From an uncultured Acidobacteriota bacterium (lineage in GTDB: Bacteria > Acidobacteriota > Thermoanaerobaculia > Multivoradales > SZUA-115): a stretch of 64,000 nt of DNA. Each line of letters opens with the position of its first letter. Position 1 is the first letter of the stretch. The notes below the pieces were generated by a model. That model saw only the letters and a list, made by a program, of their open reading frames with translations, was not told the origin of the DNA and made no database searches. Where the stretch lies: assembly GCA_963805975.1 (NCBI GenBank), contig CAWDVR010000003.1, positions 160,001-224,000 on the forward strand. Direction: 5' to 3'. Positions 10,530 through 18,720 of this stretch are shown in pieces. The translations under genes were made by a program, and so were the position numbers.

Positions 10530-11936
10530 ATGATCGACCGCCCCTCTGCCGACCCAGCTCTCGCCTACTCAGCGCACGAGGATCATCCCCTGGTCTCGGC
10601 CCTGCTGGCCGATCAGTTGGGAGCGTCGGCCAGCGGGCTGAACTTGAACATCGACGCGCGGGACGACATGTTCCGCTTCACGAGCGACCAGACGCAGGGC
10701 TATCGCGAGCTGGCGCTGGTGAACTACTTTCGCTCGGGGCTCAGCGCGCTGCAGGTCGTGGGTCGGGTCCTGGACGGCTACTTTCCGGCCGCGAAAGGGC
10801 TCCGGATCCTCGATTTCGCCTGCGGCTACGGCCGGGCGACACGCTTCTTCGTCCACGCCTATCCCGAGAACCGCTTCACCGCCTCGGACATCCTCACCGA
10901 TGCGGTCCGCTTCCAGGCGCGCGAGCTCGGGGTGGAAGCCTTCCCCTCCGCCGCCAAGCCGGAGGACCTGGTCTGCCAGGACCGGTTCCACGCGGTGGTG
11001 GTGCTCTCGCTCTTCTCGCACCTTCCTCCGGCAACCTTCGAGAGCTGGCTCGCCAGGCTCCTGGCGCTGCTCGAGCCCGGAGGCCTGCTGCTCTTCTCGG
11101 TGCACGACGCGTCGCGCGCTCCGGCGAGCGTCGAGCAGGCAGAGGGCGGCATTCAGTTCGACAACAAGAGCGAGTCCTTTGTTCTCGATCCGAACGAGTA
11201 CGGCTCGACGTGGGTCACGGAAGAGTACGTCGCCAACCTGCTCCGGCGCCTGGGTGAGGGCCGCTACTCGTACCGTCGGTTCCGGCGTGGCCTCTGGCAC
11301 CTCCAGGATCTCTACCTGGTCGCGGATCGGCCGGACTACTCGTTCGAGACGCTCGACCTCCCGACCCAGCCGGAGGGCTACCTCGATGCCTGCAGCGTCG
11401 AGCACGGGCGTCTGCTGCACCTTTCCGGCTGGGCGCTCGCCCGCGCCCCGCTCGGCAAGCCGGTCACGGTCCGGATCTACAGGAACTGCGAGCTGATAGG
11501 CCAGTGCATCCCGGCCCTCCAGCGGCCGGACGCCGCCAGCTTCACCGGCAGCACCGAGGTCTCGTGCGGCTGGGCTTTCTCGTGCGAGGCCCAGGGCGAC
11601 CTCTTCCGCTCGACCGACACCCTGCTGGTGAAGGCCGTCGATGCCCGGGGGACGGAGTTCGTGCTCTATCTCGGATCTCTCGAGGGCGTCCAGCTCTATC
11701 TGAAGCTCGTGCACGCCACGGCGCGCGGCGATGAGCTCGCGGAGCGGCTGGAGTCCGAGCAGCGGGCCCTCCGGCAGGCCAGTGCGGAGAGGGACGCGGA
11801 GCAGAGCGCCGGCCGGAGGCTGCGGGGCGAGCTCGAGGCGCTGCAGCTCCACGTCGCGACGATGGAAGCCAGCCGCTTCTGGAAGCTCCGCAACGTGTGG
11901 TGGCGCCTGCGCCGGGCGCTGGGGCTGGCCAGGTAG
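10530..11936 (+). CDS. Class I SAM methyltransferase with Ig-like domain and C-terminal coiled coil (surface-glycan related)
   Basis: ILDFACGYGR, SLFSHL; GYLD...SGWA...RPD; coiled coil ending MEASRFWKLR. Confidence 0.85.
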   Translation: MIDRPSADPALAYSAHEDHPLVSALLADQLGASASGLNLNIDARDDMFRFTSDQTQGYRELALVNYFRSGLSALQVVGRVLDGYFPAAKGLRILDFACGYGRATRFFVHAYPENRFTASDILTDAVRFQARELGVEAFPSAAKPEDLVCQDRFHAVVVLSLFSHLPPATFESWLARLLALLEPGGLLLFSVHDASRAPASVEQAEGGIQFDNKSESFVLDPNEYGSTWVTEEYVANLLRRLGEGRYSYRRFRRGLWHLQDLYLVADRPDYSFETLDLPTQPEGYLDACSVEHGRLLHLSGWALARAPLGKPVTVRIYRNCELIGQCIPALQRPDAASFTGSTEVSCGWAFSCEAQGDLFRSTDTLLVKAVDARGTEFVLYLGSLEGVQLYLKLVHATARGDELAERLESEQRALRQASAERDAEQSAGRRLRGELEALQLHVATMEASRFWKLRNVWWRLRRALGLAR

Positions 11937-11947
11937 CGGGCGCCGCG

Positions 11948-12571
11948 TTACGGGTCGAGCGTGCGCAGCACCGCGCGCACCGGCGAGGCGTCGAGGTCCG
12001 CGAGCTTCAAAGGCAGGGCGATCAGCTCGTAGAGGCCCGCGGGCACTGCGTCGAGGACCACCCCCTCCAGGATGACGATGCCGGCCCCGGCCAGCGCGTG
12101 GTGGGCCGGGAGATCGTCGCTTCCCAGGGGATCGACCGACGGCGTGTCGAGGCCCACCAGCAGGAGGCCGCGCCGCGCGAGCTCCTCGGCCGCCGCCGCC
12201 GACAGCGCCGTGAAACGCTGGTGAAAGACCTTGCGATCGGGAAGGCTTCCGGTCTTGAGCAGCAGGCGCCGGGGCTCGTCCGGCCCTGCCGGCGGCAGGT
12301 GCTCCGGCAGCACCAGCGGCACGGCAGGCACGGCCGCCACCCGGCAGGGGCCGAGGAACGGCGCGAGCGGCAGGTCGCCGATCGCTGATCCCCCGGCCTC
12401 GGTGTGGAGCGGCGCATCCACGTGCGAGCCCAGGTGCGTCGTGGTGGTGAACGCGGAGACGTTGGCCGCGTCCCCCGCCGCGAGCGAGCCGGTGGCCACG
12501 GTGGAGAATTGGACATCCCCCGGCCAGACGGGCGTCGACGCATCGAGGCGTGGGGAGATGTCGTAGAGCAT
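11948..12571 (-). CDS. kynB: Cyclase family protein / kynurenine formamidase-like
   Basis: MLYDISP...VWPGD...HLGSHVDAPLH, GLDTPSVD, ILEG, ASPVRAVL. Confidence 0.8.
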   Translation of the reverse strand: MLYDISPRLDASTPVWPGDVQFSTVATGSLAAGDAANVSAFTTTTHLGSHVDAPLHTEAGGSAIGDLPLAPFLGPCRVAAVPAVPLVLPEHLPPAGPDEPRRLLLKTGSLPDRKVFHQRFTALSAAAAEELARRGLLLVGLDTPSVDPLGSDDLPAHHALAGAGIVILEGVVLDAVPAGLYELIALPLKLADLDASPVRAVLRTLDP

Positions 12572-12653
12572 GGGGGTGGGGTGGCCACGCCCTCGGGCCA
12601 GCGCACCGGCAGTATAGAGGCTCGGCCGCTCGGATCGTGGCGACCGGCCCGGC

Positions 12654-13250
12654 TCAGCCCTCCCCGCCCGCCCCCGCTTCTTCCTTGACGATGGACCTGG
12701 GGAGCCCGCTCCCTTGGAGGGCGATGGCGTCGGCGAGCGCCTGGTCGAGCTGGCCGCGGAAGCGGGCGAGGACCAGGCTTTCCTCGCTGAGCGCAAAGAC
12801 GTAGACGCTCTCGATGCTCTTGCCGCGCTGCCGGTAGAGCACGGAGCCGGTCTCGGTCCCGTCCTGGAAGCGGGCGGCGACCCGCCAGCCGCGGCGGTCG
12901 GCGAGCCGGCTGACGGCTTCCGACCACTCCTGCCGGAGTCCCGGGCGCAGGCCCTCGACCTCGTAGACGGCGACCTCGACGCCGGAGAGATGGCTCATCA
13001 GCTCCGCGGTCTGGCGGGCCTCGTCGTCCCCTTCGTGCTCGCCGCCGGCGCGGATGATGCTCCGGGCGATCGCCATCGACAGGCGCCCGAGGTGCACCTG
13101 GACCTCGGGCCGGACCTCGACACTGGGCAAGGCGCGCGCCACCTCGTGGCGCATCGGATCGAGGGTCGGGGCCCAGAACAGGCAGCCGCTCGAGGCCAGC
13201 GCGAGGCCGAGGACGAAGAGGAGGCGGGCGGTGGGGCGGACCTTCTCCAT
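12654..13250 (-). CDS. DUF4252-like lipoprotein
   Basis: Start MEKVRP with lipobox-like ASSGC; LSGVEVAVYE...LVLARFRG; lies in the ECF operon. Confidence 0.7.
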   Translation of the reverse strand: MEKVRPTARLLFVLGLALASSGCLFWAPTLDPMRHEVARALPSVEVRPEVQVHLGRLSMAIARSIIRAGGEHEGDDEARQTAELMSHLSGVEVAVYEVEGLRPGLRQEWSEAVSRLADRRGWRVAARFQDGTETGSVLYRQRGKSIESVYVFALSEESLVLARFRGQLDQALADAIALQGSGLPRSIVKEEAGAGGEG

Positions 13251-13261
13251 GGCGGGGCTCC

Positions 13262-13900
13262 TCAGGGCTCGTCCTGCGGTGGCTTCTCGGCGGGCAGCTT
13301 CTTGCCACCGGCGTTGGCGTCGATCTGTCCCTGAGCGGCGGCCAAGCCCTGGATGTTGAACCGCTGGCCGATGCTGCCGATCTGGGCGGGGTCGACCTCG
13401 CCGGCGATGTTGATGAAACCGAACTGGTGGTCGGCATCGACGAAGAGCGCGGTGAGGCCCTGGATGCGGTTGCCCGCGCTCTTCAGGTAGATGTAGTGGA
13501 TGGTGTCGCCGTCCCGCAGCCACACCACGCGCTGCCAGCCCCGGCTCTCGAGCAGCGAAGCGTTCTTCGCCACCCGCTTGCGGATCTCCGCCAGGTCCGT
13601 CGCCTTCGGCTTGTAGAGCTGGAAGACGACGGACTTGATCTTGGCGAGCGCCGACGAGAGCTCGGGGTCCGCGGCCTTCGCCGCCTCGGCCACGAACTGC
13701 ACCAGGGGACCCTGGATGTTGACCTCGACCGTCAGGTCCTCCTCGCGGTCGTAGATGTCGAGCTTGGTCACGTCGACGAAACCCGGCTCCCCGGCCAGCG
13801 CCGCGGAGGGAGGAGGGGCCTGGGCCCCGGCCGGCTGCGTGCCTGCCAGAAGCGGGACGGCTGCCAGGAGCAGGGCGAAGGACAGGAGTCGGTTGCTCAT
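13262..13900 (-). CDS. DUF4252-like secreted protein
   Basis: Start MSNRLLSFALLL (signal peptide); PGFVD...VEVNIQG...GWQRVV...FINIAGEVD. Confidence 0.8.
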   Translation of the reverse strand: MSNRLLSFALLLAAVPLLAGTQPAGAQAPPPSAALAGEPGFVDVTKLDIYDREEDLTVEVNIQGPLVQFVAEAAKAADPELSSALAKIKSVVFQLYKPKATDLAEIRKRVAKNASLLESRGWQRVVWLRDGDTIHYIYLKSAGNRIQGLTALFVDADHQFGFINIAGEVDPAQIGSIGQRFNIQGLAAAQGQIDANAGGKKLPAEKPPQDEP

Positions 13901-14568
13901 CGACGCACCTCGGCGGGAAGGCCGGCAGCCGGCGGCGCGAGCCCGCGGCGCACCGGGTGGATCACGTTTTCGATGACCTCGTCGCGCACCCGGGTGCCGG
14001 CCTCGCCGCCCAGGCGTCCGAGGTAAGCGAAGGTGAGCTTGAGCTCGGCCTCGGCGCGGGCCACCTCTTCGGCGCTCACCCGCGGCCTGGGCTCCGGCGC
14101 CAGCACGACGACCAGGCTGGCCGCGGCGAGCGACGCCGCCAGGCCGGCGGCGACCGCCGGCCTCAGGAGCCCGCGGAAGCGTTCGCCACGGGCCGGCGAG
14201 CCCACCGCCCGCCAGGAGCTGCGCGTGCGAGGCGTCGGGGGCGTGTGGTGGCGCCCTCGCCCCGCGTGAGCGGGGAGAGGGATGGGGTGAGGGGCCGCCT
14301 CGGTCTCGGCCTGGGCGCGCACGGTGGCGGCAACCTGCGGCGGGCAGGACGGCCGCGACCAGCGGGAGAAGCTTTGCGCGAGGTCCTGCGCCAGGGCGAG
14401 GTCGGCGGCGCAGGCCGGGCATGCGGTAGTGTGGCGGTCGAGCAGGGTCCGCTCGGCGGAGGAGAGCTCGCCGTCCGGCCAGGCGTCGATCAGGTCGGTG
14501 ACCCGGTCGCAGAGGCCGGGATCGCGAAGGGTCACGGCGCCGGGGGGAGGATCAGGCGGTTTGAGCAT
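13897..14568 (-). CDS. Zinc-finger (zf-HC2) transmembrane anti-sigma factor
   Basis: DGELS...HTTACPAC (HxxxCxxC) plus one TM helix; overlaps the sigma gene. Confidence 0.85.
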   Translation of the reverse strand: MLKPPDPPPGAVTLRDPGLCDRVTDLIDAWPDGELSSAERTLLDRHTTACPACAADLALAQDLAQSFSRWSRPSCPPQVAATVRAQAETEAAPHPIPLPAHAGRGRHHTPPTPRTRSSWRAVGSPARGERFRGLLRPAVAAGLAASLAAASLVVVLAPEPRPRVSAEEVARAEAELKLTFAYLGRLGGEAGTRVRDEVIENVIHPVRRGLAPPAAGLPAEVRR

Positions 14569-15076
14569 AGCTGTGCACCTCCCGGAGATGCTCGCGCAGG
14601 CGGCGGCGCGCGCGGTGAAGGTAGGTCTTGACGGTGTTCAAGGGCAGCTCGAGGGCGTCGGCGATCTCCTGGTAGCTGCGTCCCTGGACCTCGCGCAGCA
14701 GAGCGATCGAACGGTACGGCTCGTCGAGCGCCGCGACGGCGCGCTTCAAGAGCCGGTCCAGGTCCTGCGCGGCGAGGCTCTCCTCCGGGCTCTCCCCACC
14801 GTCCGGGGCATCGAGGGTCGCGGCGTCGATGCCGGTCTCGAAGATGCGCCCGCGGGTGCGGCGGCTGCGCAGGCAGTCGAAGCAGGCGTTGCGGGTGACG
14901 CGGGCGAGCCACGCCCCGGCTTTCTCCGGCTCCACGGTCTCGATGTTGCGCCACAGCCGGAGCAGCACCTCTTGGGTCACGTCCTCGGCCTCCTCCTGGC
15001 TCCTCAGGTAATAGGTGGCGAAGCCGAAGACCCGGTGCTGATGTACTTCCACCAGCTCGTGGAACCGGCTCAGCAT
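14552..15076 (-). CDS. ECF RNA polymerase sigma-70 factor
   Basis: EAEDVTQEVLLRLW, WLARVTRNACFD, SYQEIADALELPLNTVKTYLHRAR. Confidence 0.95.
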   Translation of the reverse strand: MLSRFHELVEVHQHRVFGFATYYLRSQEEAEDVTQEVLLRLWRNIETVEPEKAGAWLARVTRNACFDCLRSRRTRGRIFETGIDAATLDAPDGGESPEESLAAQDLDRLLKRAVAALDEPYRSIALLREVQGRSYQEIADALELPLNTVKTYLHRARRRLREHLREVHSYAQTA

Positions 15077-15088
15077 CGCAAAGGGTTT

Positions 15089-15114
15089 AACGGCGGGGGA
15101 GGGGGAAGGTTACA
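15089..15114 (-). promoter_or_regulatory. Putative ECF autoregulatory promoter
   Basis: Minus strand TGTAAC-16 nt-CGTT just upstream of the sigma ATG, matching the general ECF AAC/CGT promoter pattern. Confidence 0.65.
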
Positions 15115-15246
15115 GGGATGGATTCCCGCTTGCGCGGGAATGACCAGAGGACCAGCGCCTGCGGCCTCGTAACTCCCACGTCGCAGGCGATGACCCACAG
15201 CGCCGCTTTCGACCTCGTCATTCCCGCGCAAGCGGGAATCCATCCC
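15115..15246. repeat. Inverted pair of REP-like palindromes (GTCATTCCCGCGCAAGCGGGAATCCA family)
   Basis: 15115-15144 gggatggattcccgcttgcgcgggaatgac and 15217-15246 gtcattcccgcgcaagcgggaatccatccc are exact reverse complements, separated by 72 bp. Confidence 0.9.
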
Positions 15247-15308
15247 TCTTCCTACACCTGTGGTAGGCTCACGCCGTTTTGTCGTAGACATGCACCAAGG
15301 AGGTCGCC

Positions 15309-15731
15309 GTGATCCGCAGAACGAAGAACGGTGTCCGGTTGACGCGCTTCGAGCTCGAGGTGATGGAGGAGCTCTGGCGGCTGAGCAAGGCGTCGGTACG
15401 CGAGCTGTTGGAGGCGTTGCCGAAGCGGAAACAACCGGCCTACACCACCGTACAAACGATCGTGCGTCGGCTCGAGGAGAAGGGAGCGGTGCGCCAGATC
15501 CGGAAGATCGGCAACGCCCACATCTACGAGCCCCTGGTTTCGAAGCAGGCGGCCTACAGCCGCCTGGTCCACGAGTTTCTGGACCTGTTCGGCGGCTCGG
15601 CGCGGCCGATCATGGCCCATCTGGCCGAGGCGGGCCAGCTCTCGCTCTCCGATCTCCATGAGCTCGAGCAGGTGCTGGCGGCGAGCGACGAGCCGGAAGG
15701 CGCTGGCGAGGTCTTGGAGCAGGCCGTCTAG
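15309..15731 (+). CDS. BlaI/MecI/CopY family transcriptional repressor
   Basis: LTRFELEVMEELW, AYTTVQTIVRRLEEKG, FLDLFGGS; GGAGG RBS. Confidence 0.93.
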   Translation: MIRRTKNGVRLTRFELEVMEELWRLSKASVRELLEALPKRKQPAYTTVQTIVRRLEEKGAVRQIRKIGNAHIYEPLVSKQAAYSRLVHEFLDLFGGSARPIMAHLAEAGQLSLSDLHELEQVLAASDEPEGAGEVLEQAV

Positions 15732-15804
15732 CGTCTCTTGTGATTCGTCTCTCGTAGATGGGGGTACGGGGCCGCAGCGGCTCCGAGCGCACCGAGGAGG
15801 CAGG

Positions 15805-17181
15805 GTGATCGACCTCTACCACACGCTTGCGGCGGCCTCGGCCCGCGCCTGGCCCTGGGTCCTCGACCATCTCTGGCAGTCGACACTCTTCGTTCTCGCG
15901 CTGCTCCCCGCGGCGGCGCTCATGAAGCGCGCCCCGGCCGGGCTGCGCTACTCCCTGTCGCTCGCCGCCTCGCTCAAGTTCGCCCTGCCCTCGGTGGTCT
16001 TCTTCCTGGTCGCCATCCGGCTCGCGCCCGAGGTCGGCGGGCTGCTTCCCGCCTCCTCGGTCTTCACCCTGGGCCTGGACCGCTGGCTGGCCTCGTGGAC
16101 CGGTTCGTCGACCGGGGGCCCGCCCTCGGCAGGCCATCTCGGCCTCTACGCCGCGGCAACCGTGATCTGGCTGGCTGGCGCCCTCGCGGTGGCCTGGCGC
16201 TGGCGCCGGCGCACGCTGGCGTTCGTGCGCGTCCTGTCCTCGGCCCGGACCCTGGAGCACGGCGCCGAGGCCGAGCTGCTGGCGGCCGTCCAGGCCCGGC
16301 TGGGCATCCGCCGCCCGGTGCGCCTGGCGCTCCTCGCCGGCGGCGTCGAGCCCGGCGTCTTCCGCGTCTGGCGGCCGGTGCTGGTGCTGCCGGAGGAGAT
16401 GCCGGCCGTGCTCTCCAAGGCGGAGCTCGAGGCGATCTTCCTCCACGAGCTGACCCACGTGCGCCGCTACGACAATCTGGTGGCCTCGCTCCACATGGTG
16501 CTCTGCTGCGTGCTCTGGTTCCATCCCCTGGTCTGGTGGCTGGACCGCCGCCTGCTCGCCGAGCGCGAGGAGGCCTGCGACGAGCGCGTGCTGGCCATGG
16601 GCGGCCGGGCCGAGACCTACGCCCGCAGCCTGGTCAAGGCCGTGGGGCTGGGCCTCGGCTGGCGCCTGGCGGGGGTCTCCTCGGCCAGCGCCTCGAACTT
16701 CCGCCGCCGCATCGAGCGCATCCTCGCCCACCGCGCCATCCGCCGCTCGTCGCTCGCCCAGCGCGCCGTCCTGGCCTCGGTGGTGCCGCTGCTGCTCGCT
16801 TTCTCGGTCGCCTCCGGCACCGGCGCGCCGCCGGCTTCCTCGCCCGAGCAGGCACGGCAGCTCGAAGCCGAGGCGGCGTCGAGCACGGCGGCCGAGAGAA
16901 GCGTGGCGCCGGCACCGGCGCACGCCGCAGCGCCGGTCAAGCTCGCCTGCCGCAACAAGGACAAGTCGAAGCGCTCGGCGCAGCCGTCCCGCGTCGTGCC
17001 GCAGGCGGCCGGGGAAGTTCCCTCGCACCCGTCTCTCGACACCGTCCCGATGCCGGAGGTCCAGGTCGCCACGGTTCCTCTGACCCTCGGCAACCCGTCG
17101 CAGCGGGGGAAGGTCGGCAAGCCGCTGGCCGAAGAGGAGTCGGCGGTCTCCGAAGAGGCCCGCACCGCGGTCGTGCACTGA
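15805..17181 (+). CDS. M56 family (BlaR1-like) metallopeptidase/antirepressor
   Basis: GTG start after GAGGAGG; HLWQST, HELTHVRRYDN, WFHPLVW, EREEACDE. Confidence 0.92.
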   Translation: MIDLYHTLAAASARAWPWVLDHLWQSTLFVLALLPAAALMKRAPAGLRYSLSLAASLKFALPSVVFFLVAIRLAPEVGGLLPASSVFTLGLDRWLASWTGSSTGGPPSAGHLGLYAAATVIWLAGALAVAWRWRRRTLAFVRVLSSARTLEHGAEAELLAAVQARLGIRRPVRLALLAGGVEPGVFRVWRPVLVLPEEMPAVLSKAELEAIFLHELTHVRRYDNLVASLHMVLCCVLWFHPLVWWLDRRLLAEREEACDERVLAMGGRAETYARSLVKAVGLGLGWRLAGVSSASASNFRRRIERILAHRAIRRSSLAQRAVLASVVPLLLAFSVASGTGAPPASSPEQARQLEAEAASSTAAERSVAPAPAHAAAPVKLACRNKDKSKRSAQPSRVVPQAAGEVPSHPSLDTVPMPEVQVATVPLTLGNPSQRGKVGKPLAEEESAVSEEARTAVVH

Positions 17182-17191
17182 GGGTTGGTTT

Positions 17192-17887
17192 CTAGCCTTC
17201 GGAAGGCGCTGCGCCTTCCGTCACGGGCTCGATGCAGCGCGGCGAATCGTTGCCCGGCTTGTTGACGAAGCGGGAAACGGGCCAGGTTTCCATCGCGCCG
17301 GCGCTGTACGCCACCAGCAGACTATTCAGCTTCTCGGCCTCTCCCACGGATGGGTCGAGCCACAGGTCGTAGTCCTTCTCCGCCAGGATCACCGGCATGC
17401 GGTCGTGGACCGCGGCGGCGAGGTCGTTGGGCGAGGTGGTGAGGAGAGCACAGGACTGGACCTCCTCGCCCTCGCGGCTCCAGCGCTCCCAGAGACCGGC
17501 AAAGCCAAAAGGCCTTCCCCCATCGACTCGGAAGTAGTACGGCTGCTTGCTGCCGTCCGCGAGCTTCTTCCACTCGTAGTAGCCGTCCGCCAGCACCAGG
17601 CAACGCTGCTTCTTGAAAGCCCAGCGAAACGCCGGCTTCTCGGCCACGGTCTCCGAGCGCGCGTTGATCATCCGGTTGCCGATCGAGGGGTCATCGGCCC
17701 AGCGCGGCACCAGCCCCCACTTGAGGTTCACCAGGGTCCGCTCGCCGCCCTTGCCGTCGACCCGCACGGCAGCCACTTCCTGGGTCGGAGTGATGTTGTA
17801 GCGCGGCCTCGTCTCCACCGGGCCCGGAAGCTCGAAGGCCTCGACGATCGCATCGCCGGGAGCGGTGAGCGTGTAGCGGCCGCACAT
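17192..17887 (-). CDS. SOS response-associated peptidase (SRAP/HMCES/YedK family)
   Basis: MCGRY N-terminus, RYNITP, INARSET, GYYEW, HDRMPVIL. Confidence 0.95.
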   Translation of the reverse strand: MCGRYTLTAPGDAIVEAFELPGPVETRPRYNITPTQEVAAVRVDGKGGERTLVNLKWGLVPRWADDPSIGNRMINARSETVAEKPAFRWAFKKQRCLVLADGYYEWKKLADGSKQPYYFRVDGGRPFGFAGLWERWSREGEEVQSCALLTTSPNDLAAAVHDRMPVILAEKDYDLWLDPSVGEAEKLNSLLVAYSAGAMETWPVSRFVNKPGNDSPRCIEPVTEGAAPSEG

Positions 17888-17990
17888 CGGATGGAATTGT
17901 ACTGCGACGCCAGGAAGCCAGGATGACCGCCGAGGTAGTACGTACGGCTAGTAGCTTGTAGGGCGTACGACTCTCTCGTAAGATATAGCG

Positions 17991-18212
17991 ATGAAAGTGA
18001 CCGCCTCCAAGCTCCGCGAGAACGTCTATCGCCTTCTGGACCAAGTGCTCGCCACCGGAGTTCCCATCGAGATCGAGCGCAGGGGGCGCCTGCTCAAGCT
18101 GGTGCCGGTCGAGCCAACCAGCAAGCTCGCCGCGCTCGAGCCGCGACCGTTCCTGGCGGCCGAACCGGAGAGCTTGGTGCACCTCGACTGGTCCGGCGAA
18201 TGGAAGCCGTGA
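17991..18212 (+). CDS. Phd/YefM-like antitoxin
   Basis: VTASKLRENVYRLLDQVLATGVPIEIERRG; overlaps the PIN gene (GTGA). TAAGAT -10-like box ends 7 nt before the ATG; short inverted repeat tacga-N5-tcgta overlaps it. Confidence 0.85.
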   Translation: MKVTASKLRENVYRLLDQVLATGVPIEIERRGRLLKLVPVEPTSKLAALEPRPFLAAEPESLVHLDWSGEWKP

Positions 18213-18589
18213 TCTACCTGGACACTCATGTGGTCGCCTGGCTCTTCGCCGGCCGGCTGGACCTCTTCCCGGAAGGCGCTCGCCGGCGGCTGGAGCAGAA
18301 CGACCTGCTCGTCTCGCCGATGGTCGCGCTGGAGCTCGAGTACCTGTTCGAGATCCAGCGCACCATCGAGCCCGCGCCCGTGGTGATCGAGGAGCTGCAG
18401 CGGAAGATCGGGCTCAAGATATGCGACCTGCCATTCCCCGCGGTGATCAGCGAGGCCCAGCGCCAGGGGTGGACACGAGACCCATTCGACCGCGTGATCA
18501 CCGGGCAGGCGGCCCTGCGCAAAGCAGCCCTGCTCACCAAGGACGAGCTCATCCGCGAGCACTACTCCCAGGCCGTCTGGGCCGCCTGA
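18209..18589 (+). CDS. vapC: PIN-domain (VapC) toxin
   Basis: IYLDTHVVAW, ELEYLFEI, TRDPFDRVI, LLTKD. Confidence 0.88.
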   Translation: MIYLDTHVVAWLFAGRLDLFPEGARRRLEQNDLLVSPMVALELEYLFEIQRTIEPAPVVIEELQRKIGLKICDLPFPAVISEAQRQGWTRDPFDRVITGQAALRKAALLTKDELIREHYSQAVWAA

Positions 18590-18720
18590 TCCCCCACCTC
18601 CGGCCTCGCCTGCAACCTTCTCGTCCGATTGCCGTTCCTCTATGTAACCCCCTTGTAACACCCGGGGTTGGGTGTTAGTTTTCTTCCAGCCTAAGCGGAG
18701 GTTTTGGTCTGGGCCGAGTG

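Noticed and set aside
18643-18680. Two TGTAAC boxes upstream of the sulfatase-like gene as ECF targets
   Set aside because: No CGT-type -10 element at 16-17 nt spacing.
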